Source: Parachlamydiales bacterium
GTDB lineage: Bacteria; Chlamydiota; Chlamydiia; Chlamydiales; JABDDJ01
Length of the DNA: 64,000 nucleotides
Reading direction: 5' to 3'
Assembly: GCA_041671045.1 (NCBI GenBank)
Contig: JBAZCF010000008.1
Coordinates: forward strand, 16,762-80,761
A model generated the notes under the pieces. The model ran no database searches, was not told the DNA's origin, and worked only from the letters and a program-made list of their open reading frames with translations. The translations under genes were made by a program, and so were the position numbers. Shown here in pieces: positions 36,457 through 44,645 of the stretch. Each line of letters begins with the position of its first letter. The stretch's first letter is position 1.

Positions 36457-37437
36457 ATGCGGCAGCCCATTTTCCAGGGGTTAAGAAAAGACAAGGATGC
36501 GAAGAAAGTGGTTAAAGAAGTTCCGATAGAAACAGCAGATATCACTAAGCCTGAAACGGCAGCAGCAAGTTCGGAAGGGGGCTTTACACATTTGGACAAA
36601 ATCTACTGGCCGGAGGAGAAATATACCAAAGGCGATTTGATCCATTACTATGAAGAGGCGGCTCCGTTCATTCTACCTTATCTCAAAGATCGGCCTATTG
36701 TTTTGCATCGTTTTCCTAATGGGATCACAGGTCAAAGTTTTTATCAAAAAGATCTCTTGACCGGCTTACCTAAAGGGATAAAGACCATTGCAGTTGCGCA
36801 TGAGGAAAAAGACATCCACTATTTATTAATTGATGATGTGAAGAGCTTACTATTCGCTGTTAATTTAGGAAGTATTGACATCCATCCCTTTATATCACGT
36901 GTGAAAAGCCTTGATTCACCGGATTATTGTGTTATTGACCTTGATCCGCAGGCAATTGAGTGGCAGCATTTGATAGATGCCGCATTGACGGCTCATGCCT
37001 TATTAGATGATTTAGGGGTTAAGCATTACTGTAAAACATCCGGTGGAAGAGGTTTGCATATATATATCCCTTTAAATGCTAAATATAGCTTTGAACAGTC
37101 AAAGCAATTTGCCCATCTCATTGTCACGCATGTTAATGATGCTTTGCCTAAAACGACCTCATTGGAGAGAAGCCCCAAAAATAGACCTAAAAAAGTTTAT
37201 TTAGATTATCTACAAAACAGGTCTGCTCAGACAGTTGTGGCTCCTTATTCGGTTAGGCCCCGTCCGGGAGCAGGAGTCTCCACTCCGCTTGAGTGGGATG
37301 AGGTGAATTATGATCTAGATCCGCTAAATTTTAATCTCAAAACGATCATGAAAAGACTGAAGAAAGTCGGGGATATATTCAAGCCGGTGCTAGGTCCAGG
37401 AATTGATATGGCAAAAATATTGAAGAAGATTAAGTGA
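36457..37437 (+). CDS. ligD: LigD polymerase/primase domain, same frame as preceding ORF
   Basis: VIDLDP, KTSGGRGLHIYIPL, YLDYLQN, APYSVRPRPGAGVSTPL. Confidence 0.85.
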   Translation: MRQPIFQGLRKDKDAKKVVKEVPIETADITKPETAAASSEGGFTHLDKIYWPEEKYTKGDLIHYYEEAAPFILPYLKDRPIVLHRFPNGITGQSFYQKDLLTGLPKGIKTIAVAHEEKDIHYLLIDDVKSLLFAVNLGSIDIHPFISRVKSLDSPDYCVIDLDPQAIEWQHLIDAALTAHALLDDLGVKHYCKTSGGRGLHIYIPLNAKYSFEQSKQFAHLIVTHVNDALPKTTSLERSPKNRPKKVYLDYLQNRSAQTVVAPYSVRPRPGAGVSTPLEWDEVNYDLDPLNFNLKTIMKRLKKVGDIFKPVLGPGIDMAKILKKIK

Positions 37438-37443
37438 TGGAGA

Positions 37444-37473
37444 AAAGCAAGGGATTTTTCAACCCCTTGCTTT
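37444..37473. terminator. 10-bp stem hairpin between convergent ligD and aquaporin genes
   Basis: AAAGCAAGGG atttttcaac CCCTTGCTTT. Confidence 0.55.
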
Positions 37474-37479
37474 GAATGA

Positions 37480-38103
37480 TTATTCGTTAGGATGAGCAGC
37501 TTTAAATGTAAAGGCTGCAGCAGCTCCGCCGGCTAGGTTGCCTAGGATGTAGACCCATAAGCTTTTCCAGGAAACAGCTTTCAAGATAACAGCACCTAAA
37601 GCAACTGCAGGGTTGAATGCACCGCTGGAGATTGCACCGACAGTATAAGCACCCACTAATACGATAAAGCCAATGGCAAAACCAAAATAAGAATTGCCTG
37701 TAGTAGCTTTTGCTGTTGCTACGTTGAGGACGACAAAGCAGAGAGCGAAAGTAAATAGGAACTCTACAATTAGAGATCTTACAACATCCAAGTCGAGCGT
37801 AGCTGCAAATTTATTTCCTGTAAGATAGATAGCTAGATAGGCTGCAACAACTGCTGCTAATAACTGGGCTATCCAATAGTAAACTAGGTCGACGTGAGAA
37901 AGTTTACCGCGAAGATATACTGCAAAAGAGACAGCTGGGTTATAGTGACCTCCAGAAATATGACCACCGGCATAAACCATAACGGCCAAGACTGATCCTA
38001 TGGCGAGGGGGGCAAAAAGAGCTGTAGCAGGGCCGGCAAGCACAGCTAGTCCTACGGTAAGGACTAGAAAGAAGGTGCCTATAAATTCGTAGACATATTT
38101 CAT
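37480..38103 (-). CDS. aqpZ: aquaporin / MIP-family channel
   Basis: two NPA boxes (HYNPAVS, FNPAVAL); start set to ATG 38103 (GGAG upstream). Confidence 0.9.
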   Translation of the reverse strand: MKYVYEFIGTFFLVLTVGLAVLAGPATALFAPLAIGSVLAVMVYAGGHISGGHYNPAVSFAVYLRGKLSHVDLVYYWIAQLLAAVVAAYLAIYLTGNKFAATLDLDVVRSLIVEFLFTFALCFVVLNVATAKATTGNSYFGFAIGFIVLVGAYTVGAISSGAFNPAVALGAVILKAVSWKSLWVYILGNLAGGAAAAFTFKAAHPNE

Positions 38104-38301
38104 TTTTGGAACTCCAATGAGTTGATAGTTAGATATCACTATAAACTCATATACAATCAATTATTTATTTGAAAAGAAGAGATTAGCCCATCAGGTATGA
38201 AATTGTGAAAAGTAAAGTTAATTACTACCACTATTTGCTTAATGAAATTTTGTAATGGCATTCAATTTGCATTACTTTAAGAAAACAATATTGTGGTACT
38301 T

Positions 38302-38982
38302 ATGAATGATAAATTCGAACCTAAATACTTTTCTATCACACGCAATCTCTCCAAAGAGTCTTTGACTACGGATTTCATAAAAAAGCTTCGCCCCCAACAA
38401 GTGATAGAACTAGCAAGAATTTCTCCCTTACGTAAGGATGTTTTGACTGAGTTGATAAAATACCTTGTTACCAATAACACCAAAGATTCACAATTCCGCC
38501 CACGCCAAATCGCTGCTTTAGTGCATTGTTTGCCTGAAATGCGTGCAATTACGGCAAAAATCTCCCAAGAATACCAAAATGTTCTTTCTGACTGTAATAA
38601 TATCCATTCCGCATTCTTCAAAATGGTAGAATTGTTTTTAGAGGGAGTAGACGAATACAATCGGGTTAAAATCGATAATATCAAACTAGAATTATTCACC
38701 CGATACTCTCTTTTTACAGATACCATTAAAGCGGATTCAGTCAAGGGGATTCCCCTGAACGAGATCGAGCAGATCGAGGACATATTACCCCTTGCTTTAA
38801 CAGCCCCTATTGCTCCTACTGCAAGTGAAATAGCACGTATAAGAGATCTTCTCGAGTCTATTCATCAACGCAGGCAAAACGATCTGTTTTATTTGCTTTC
38901 TAAAGACGTAAATTTTGCCCATTCTACCTTGTTAAAGTATTCCAAGGCATTAAATATCGAGTCTAAAAGCGCCATCAAATGA
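38302..38982 (+). CDS. hypothetical protein, stop overlaps start of the 1090-aa family member A (ATGA)
   Basis: ORF track frame; ATG 38302 chosen over GTG 38293; no motif recognised. Confidence 0.55.
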   Translation: MNDKFEPKYFSITRNLSKESLTTDFIKKLRPQQVIELARISPLRKDVLTELIKYLVTNNTKDSQFRPRQIAALVHCLPEMRAITAKISQEYQNVLSDCNNIHSAFFKMVELFLEGVDEYNRVKIDNIKLELFTRYSLFTDTIKADSVKGIPLNEIEQIEDILPLALTAPIAPTASEIARIRDLLESIHQRRQNDLFYLLSKDVNFAHSTLLKYSKALNIESKSAIK

Positions 38983-41900
38983 TGGGGGTTCCTATGTCTC
39001 CAGGATTAAACTTATCGCCGCAAAGTTTATCTCACCTATTTCAAAATGGAGAGGTTGAAATCATCGGTAAAGGAACGAAAAATTTCGATGAGCTTATGAA
39101 AGACAAGGATTTTTTAAGTAATCCTGATTTATATCCCGCAGCCCTCGCCGCCATAAATAATCATAAAGATGCTTCAGACATTAGAACTGTAGTGAGAGCC
39201 TATGAAGTTTTGCATTGCAATGAAGTGACCAGTCTACCCATTAATTCCAGCAGCTTTTTCAGTTTTCTTTATACAGGTACCTACCATAATGCACTTCAAA
39301 CATGCGAAAATATATTTAAACAAGATTTTGCAGCGTTTGTAGAAGCTCGTTCCCAGACCCCTGCAAAAGATGTGAACCTTGAGAAGAAGCTATCCAGACA
39401 TATAGGACCGATAGAGCATACTTTGAAGGCCTTAGGTTTAGATAAAGGTGATTGGGAAGATCTAAAAATGGCCTTAGCACAAGATAGAGAAAATGACGCC
39501 ATTAAACTCTGGAATAACATTTTAGCCACAGTTCGAGATATTACTTCTATTCGGAGTACCCACGCAGTTGAAGTATTCCTGCTAAACCCTACGGAATATA
39601 TCTTAAATAACCGGCCTAGCTCAAATGAACAGGCAACATTTCAAGCCTATTATTTTGAAATGGAAGAAAAAGCTACTGCACCGGCTTTGAAAGATCAGTT
39701 TGCAGGGTTACAGATCGCATATGTTCAGAATAATCCTGAATTGCTGAGAAATGAGGCTGTAAATTTCTCTAGCACTGTTCGAGGTAGCTACGGCAAGAGG
39801 AATATAAATGGATCCAATCCAGGAGAAATTATCCCTGTTCCTTTAGGTAAAAACATCTATTTAGCAGCAAAAACACCGGCTCCCGCACATCAAGAACAGT
39901 TCTTCAAAGAGTTGAGTAAGCAGAATACCTCTTTGATCGTAGATTTAAGAAACGCCTTGGAGGAAGAAAAGTCATTTATTCCATCCCTTGTTGGTGAAGA
40001 AAGGGAAATTTCTCCTCATATGAAGATAAAACTGCTCAGTTCTGAAGATGAGAATATCCCTGCGTTGCCTGAAGACATGCAATATTTCACTAAAGCGGTG
40101 ATTGAAGTTAACTCAAGTGGAAAGCCTGCAAAAACTTATACCGTTTTTAGGCTTAGAAATTGGAATGGTTCTTTAGATGCTCCTCCAAATTTAGATGCCT
40201 TTCGGCATCTAAGCCAGTATGTTGTCCAATGGGAAAAAGACCACTCCGGAAAAGTAGCTGTGGTAAGTACCAATGACAATAAACGCACCCCTGAATTTAT
40301 TTTGTATCATCATTATAATAAAACAGGAGAAATCTCCTCAGATGAATATGGAAAGCACGCTTATTCTAAGGGTGTACTTCCAAGTCATATGCATTTAGTT
40401 ATAGGAAAAGAGGCAAAAGCCTCTTCTTATATCGGATCTAGTAGTAGGGTATCCTTTATCGCTACTAACATATCTGCTCAAATAGCTAAATTTGATCCTA
40501 ATTTTCAAAATATTTTAGAGGAAAAGATAAAAAATTTCATTGGAGATAAGGCTCCCGAAAATATACGCATAGAGAATAATTTATATTTATTTTGTAATAA
40601 AGCCTCTGCTGAATCATTTAAAAGGCTGCAATACCTTATGCAAGAAGGCATCTCATTTGAAAAATTTGCCCAGATTGCTTCCACTCAATTATCAATCCAC
40701 TCCAAGGATCCGGAATCGTTATTAGCCCTCATAAACAAACCTGAATTCTTAGTGTGCTTCCCAGACTATAAAGAAGATGAAAACATCTTATATTCGTATA
40801 TAAGTGCAAAGCTTAAACATGAGGGACGTTCTTATGGAGTGAAGGATGTGATACAAGAATTCCTTAAAACTGCGGGGAACCGGATTCCCCTTTGGGCAGT
40901 TCAGAATTTCAGAAATGAACTCATAAAAAAAATACAGGAGGACTTTAGTGTATATTCTCAGCTAAGTGCTGAAGAGAAGGAGCTAGTGCACACGCCTGAA
41001 TTATTTAAAACATTCAGACTCGAAAACATCCACTTACTCCCCCTAGATCTAGGCCCTAAGCTTCCATTTCTAAATAACACTGCCCTAGTTTCCCTTTTAC
41101 CGGATGAAGTTAGAAAAAATTTAAGCGCTGAGCAGTGGTCCCAAGTTATTAATTCAAATAGTTTCAATAAACTGGGTGCTAATGCCTTGGAGTATGTGCC
41201 TGAAGAGCTGTTAACTTTAGATGTTTTGGAGGGAATGGATCCACCTATAGTCTTCGACTTGGTAAGAATTAGGGATATTGATGAAAATAAGATGAACAGC
41301 TTGATAGATACTTTTCAAGTAAAAGGGTCCCCTAAATATGATATTCCAAAAGATAATGCTATTATTGTAGCTATGCTTCCAACGGCGGTAGCGTGTCACA
41401 AAGAAATTTCAGCTTTATGTCAACAAGTTGAAAAGGAACCAGACAATGTATGGAGTATTCTACCCGGTATTTATGAATCCTTAGCAAGGGAACAGGATTT
41501 ATTTCATCGCTATGGAGTGTCTCTACAAGACGCATTAGGCAACAATTTAATAAATAGCAGCCACCGCAATGAGTTAGTTCAGGCTAATAAAGTCTTCGCA
41601 CTTGCCGGAGAAACGCAGCCCTCCAAAGAGCAGTTTGATCTATTAAGAAAGTTTGTTCATGAGCATCCAGAGGCTACTTATCTCAACTCCCTCGTTAGTA
41701 GATGGGAGGGTGACGATAACTTTATGCTTTCTTTGGTCAACAATAAGGATATTTGCTTAACAGATTACCTTAAAGGTGAGAAATTATTTAATTTTGTGCA
41801 AGCGAAGGGTAAGGAAATCACAAAGATGCATCTTGAGAATATTAGTGGAGAAGATGTCGTAAAGCTTCTTACTCTCTGTCCCTATTTGATCTCCTTAAGG

Positions 41901-42251
41901 GTAAATAACTGTAACATAAGTAATAAGGAGACTGTGGAAATAGCAGAGAAATTTAAAAAATGGGAATTGATCACCTTAGATCTTAGTAACAACCCTATTG
42001 GACCGCATGGCATAGATGCCTTAGTAGATAATTTTGACTACCTAAGAAAGGTCGAAAACTTGCAACTTACAGATAACGTATACATGGTAAAAATTAGTGC
42101 TATGAAGATTGTGGACAATCTACCAAAGTTAGTTGGTCTTAAAAAACTTGATATCGGAAACAATAATCTCCCTCCCATAAATAAAGAAGAGATAAATAAA
42201 AGGCTTGCTAGCTTAGAAGGTCTACAATTTAATCTAGAAAACAAACGATAA
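38979..42251 (+). CDS. family member A: shared N-terminal module + PTP-like domain with Ser at the catalytic-Cys position + central helical region + C-terminal LRRs
   Basis: 1090 aa; see findings; alternative start ATG 38994. Confidence 0.8.
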   Translation: MMGVPMSPGLNLSPQSLSHLFQNGEVEIIGKGTKNFDELMKDKDFLSNPDLYPAALAAINNHKDASDIRTVVRAYEVLHCNEVTSLPINSSSFFSFLYTGTYHNALQTCENIFKQDFAAFVEARSQTPAKDVNLEKKLSRHIGPIEHTLKALGLDKGDWEDLKMALAQDRENDAIKLWNNILATVRDITSIRSTHAVEVFLLNPTEYILNNRPSSNEQATFQAYYFEMEEKATAPALKDQFAGLQIAYVQNNPELLRNEAVNFSSTVRGSYGKRNINGSNPGEIIPVPLGKNIYLAAKTPAPAHQEQFFKELSKQNTSLIVDLRNALEEEKSFIPSLVGEEREISPHMKIKLLSSEDENIPALPEDMQYFTKAVIEVNSSGKPAKTYTVFRLRNWNGSLDAPPNLDAFRHLSQYVVQWEKDHSGKVAVVSTNDNKRTPEFILYHHYNKTGEISSDEYGKHAYSKGVLPSHMHLVIGKEAKASSYIGSSSRVSFIATNISAQIAKFDPNFQNILEEKIKNFIGDKAPENIRIENNLYLFCNKASAESFKRLQYLMQEGISFEKFAQIASTQLSIHSKDPESLLALINKPEFLVCFPDYKEDENILYSYISAKLKHEGRSYGVKDVIQEFLKTAGNRIPLWAVQNFRNELIKKIQEDFSVYSQLSAEEKELVHTPELFKTFRLENIHLLPLDLGPKLPFLNNTALVSLLPDEVRKNLSAEQWSQVINSNSFNKLGANALEYVPEELLTLDVLEGMDPPIVFDLVRIRDIDENKMNSLIDTFQVKGSPKYDIPKDNAIIVAMLPTAVACHKEISALCQQVEKEPDNVWSILPGIYESLAREQDLFHRYGVSLQDALGNNLINSSHRNELVQANKVFALAGETQPSKEQFDLLRKFVHEHPEATYLNSLVSRWEGDDNFMLSLVNNKDICLTDYLKGEKLFNFVQAKGKEITKMHLENISGEDVVKLLTLCPYLISLRVNNCNISNKETVEIAEKFKKWELITLDLSNNPIGPHGIDALVDNFDYLRKVENLQLTDNVYMVKISAMKIVDNLPKLVGLKKLDIGNNNLPPINKEEINKRLASLEGLQFNLENKR

Positions 42252-42408
42252 GATTTGACCCCCGTAGGACAAAATCAGAGCGGCAGAGTGTGTTTATACC
42301 TATGTGAGAAGAAAGGGCATGCTGTAAGCCAATTTGCGTTTTTACTTTATCTAGGACAATAATACTTCCATTACACATGTTTAATCATCCATTTTAGGAA
42401 GTTAGCTT

Positions 42409-43236
42409 ATGCTTAGCTGGAAAGAAATTGTACAAGGTTACTTGATCAAACATTCAAACCAGATCAAGAGGGTCACTCAGCCCTTAAAAGACATTTTTGA
42501 AATTACTTATTTTACTTACCACCGCATCGACAATAAGGGAAAATACACTGTTCTTCTTGACCGTCCGGATTGGGCTGAGCACTATGTTTCAGAGCGGATT
42601 TATCTAAACGACCCTTATATGAGACACCCTGATGTCTATTCTTCCGGGGCGTGCTTGGTTTGCACGCATGGAAGCTTGGAATATCGAAAAAAAGTACTTC
42701 GTGCAGGTAAAGAGTACCTGAACTGCGATGAGGGTCTGCTTTTAATTGAAAAATCACCGGAATATGTCGAATTTTTCGGTTTTGCCGGAGAGCGGGCAAA
42801 ATGCAATCTTTCCTTGCTCTATCTCAACCACCAGCCATTGTTAAAATCATTTGCTGAACATTTTAAAGCAGAGCTGCATCATTTATTATATAAGCAATCC
42901 CTGGAAGGGTTATTACTGTCTGTAGAGAAAAAGGAAGATTACTTTAACTCTGAACAAATAGCCCCTAAAATCCATTTAAAACAACAAGAGCGCTTCTTGC
43001 GAGCATTGAAAATGGATCACCATATCCGTTCTTTCAAACAGCTTACAGCCCAGGAAAAGGCTTGCGCTAGATTATTACTCCAAAGCTTGACTGCACGAGA
43101 AAGTGGAGAGAAACTATTACTTTCTCCACGTACCGTAGAGTCCTATCTTAATAATGCAAAAAATAAGCTGGGTTGCTGTACTAAAAAAGAATTTTTGGAG
43201 AATCTTCGCCAACTTTCAGAATTGGATTTATTATAG
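42409..43236 (+). CDS. LuxR-family transcriptional regulator with autoinducer-binding-like N-domain
   Basis: C-terminal HTH LTAQEKACARLLLQSLTARESGEKLLLSPRTVESYLNNAKNKLG; N-domain DRPDWAEHYVSERIYLNDPYM resembles the W..HY...Y..DP motif of LasR/TraR-type receptors. Confidence 0.8.
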   Translation: MLSWKEIVQGYLIKHSNQIKRVTQPLKDIFEITYFTYHRIDNKGKYTVLLDRPDWAEHYVSERIYLNDPYMRHPDVYSSGACLVCTHGSLEYRKKVLRAGKEYLNCDEGLLLIEKSPEYVEFFGFAGERAKCNLSLLYLNHQPLLKSFAEHFKAELHHLLYKQSLEGLLLSVEKKEDYFNSEQIAPKIHLKQQERFLRALKMDHHIRSFKQLTAQEKACARLLLQSLTARESGEKLLLSPRTVESYLNNAKNKLGCCTKKEFLENLRQLSELDLL

Positions 43237-43244
43237 TACTGTAC

Positions 43245-43367
43245 ATTTTGCGAATCGCAAAAAAATACGGCTGTAAATATGTCTTCTTGCGCTCCTCTGC
43301 CCCATCAGGCTCCCTTTACAAAAAGTTAGGTTTTAAAGAGGTGGGTAAATATAAGATATATTTTTAA
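43245..43367 (+). pseudogene. probable remnant of the C-terminus of a GNAT acetyltransferase
   Basis: my translation ILRIAKKYGCKYVFLRSSAPSGSLYKKLGFKEVGKYKIYF-stop; no start codon or N-terminal part. Confidence 0.35.
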
Positions 43368-43392
43368 ACAGATAGCCCCCCCCCATTGAGTA

Positions 43393-44124
43393 ATGACGAA
43401 CCGTAAGCTTAAGCATTTTGAACCGATCTATTATATCAATTTGGAGCGTAGTCCGGAGCGCAAGGCTTACATGGAAGAGCAATTCGCTCAATGGGGTGTG
43501 GAAAATTATACACGGATCGAGGCACTGGACGGGTTAAGAAGTGGGTTGAGAAGTTATCTAGATGGGGACTACCCTCGCAATGTTTTAATGAAAGAGATGG
43601 CTTGCACTATCTCGCATCTAAAAGCTATTCATCATTGGTTGATGACCTCAAAAACTTCTTACGCCATTATTTGCGAGGACGATCTCGATATGTCCACGGT
43701 GGAGGTATGGCCCTTTACTTGGAAAGAGTTGATGGATCACTTGCCCTATGATTGGGATGTGGTCCAGCTGGTCATTACCAATCCTGACAACTTCACAATG
43801 AATATCCACGCCCGATTTGAGAAAGATTATGGAACAGTTTGCTACGTCATCACACGACATTATGCAGAAAAGCTTATGAAACTGCATGTGCATGGGGACA
43901 GATATAAATTAGACTATACCGTTCGTCCAAGAGCTGTTTCAGACGAGCTGATTTATAATGCTGGCAAGACTTATTCTATTCCTGTCTTCCTTTATAATGT
44001 GGATTTTGGCTCTAGCATCCACTCGTGGCATAATGGTAAGCATCAGTTATGCCGGGAAGCCTATCATAAGTGGTGGTTTGATCCAGATGTTAAGCATACT
44101 GCAGACCCCTTTTTTAGGTTGTAA
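43393..44124 (+). CDS. family 25 glycosyltransferase (LOS/LPS glycosyltransferase-like)
   Basis: IYYINLERSPERKAYM, ACTISHLKAI, ICEDDLD. Confidence 0.8.
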   Translation: MTNRKLKHFEPIYYINLERSPERKAYMEEQFAQWGVENYTRIEALDGLRSGLRSYLDGDYPRNVLMKEMACTISHLKAIHHWLMTSKTSYAIICEDDLDMSTVEVWPFTWKELMDHLPYDWDVVQLVITNPDNFTMNIHARFEKDYGTVCYVITRHYAEKLMKLHVHGDRYKLDYTVRPRAVSDELIYNAGKTYSIPVFLYNVDFGSSIHSWHNGKHQLCREAYHKWWFDPDVKHTADPFFRL

Positions 44125-44126
44125 TT

Positions 44127-44585
44127 ATGAAAGCGATGAAGATTAAAAGAAAATTCATTCGATTTTGGAACATGTGGCCTCCCTTTTTGTTTTCCGGAAT
44201 AAAGATAATGCATATGTCACCGGACTTCAGGGAGATTCGGGTAAAGCTGAAGTTAAGATGGTGGAATGCCAACTTTGTGGGAACACAGTATGGAGGATTA
44301 CTTTATTCACTAGCAGATCCTTTTTATATGATCATGCTTCTAGAGAATCTTGGCCCGGAATACATAGTGTGGGATAAGACTGCGACGATCAAGTTTATTA
44401 AACCCGGAAGAACGGATGTTAAAGCTAATTTTGTACTGGAGGAAGCTGATTTAGAGATGGTAAAAAAGGAAGTGTCAGAATTCGGAAAAACTTTATTTAA
44501 CAAAGATATTAAAATATTGGATTTAAATAACGAACTAATTGCAGTGGTAAGCAAAACAATATACATTAAAAAGAAAGGTGATTGA
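44127..44585 (+). CDS. hypothetical protein, possibly hotdog-fold thioesterase-like (DUF4442-like)
   Basis: 152 aa; recall-based resemblance only. Confidence 0.4.
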   Translation: MKAMKIKRKFIRFWNMWPPFLFSGIKIMHMSPDFREIRVKLKLRWWNANFVGTQYGGLLYSLADPFYMIMLLENLGPEYIVWDKTATIKFIKPGRTDVKANFVLEEADLEMVKKEVSEFGKTLFNKDIKILDLNNELIAVVSKTIYIKKKGD

Positions 44586-44645
44586 CTTAATACACTAATA
44601 GTTATTTAATTAAATTGTGACCCGTAATTAAAAAAGAATTATATT

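Noticed and set aside
36321-36599. 92-aa minus-strand ORF spanning the ligD junction
   Set aside because: It is antisense to two well-supported LigD domain ORFs, and no motif was recognised.
38277-38783. 168-aa minus-strand ORF opposite 38302-38982
   Set aside because: The composition (Ser/Arg/Ile-rich, no structure-like pattern) looks like an antisense artefact. The plus-strand ORF is translationally coupled to the downstream large gene.
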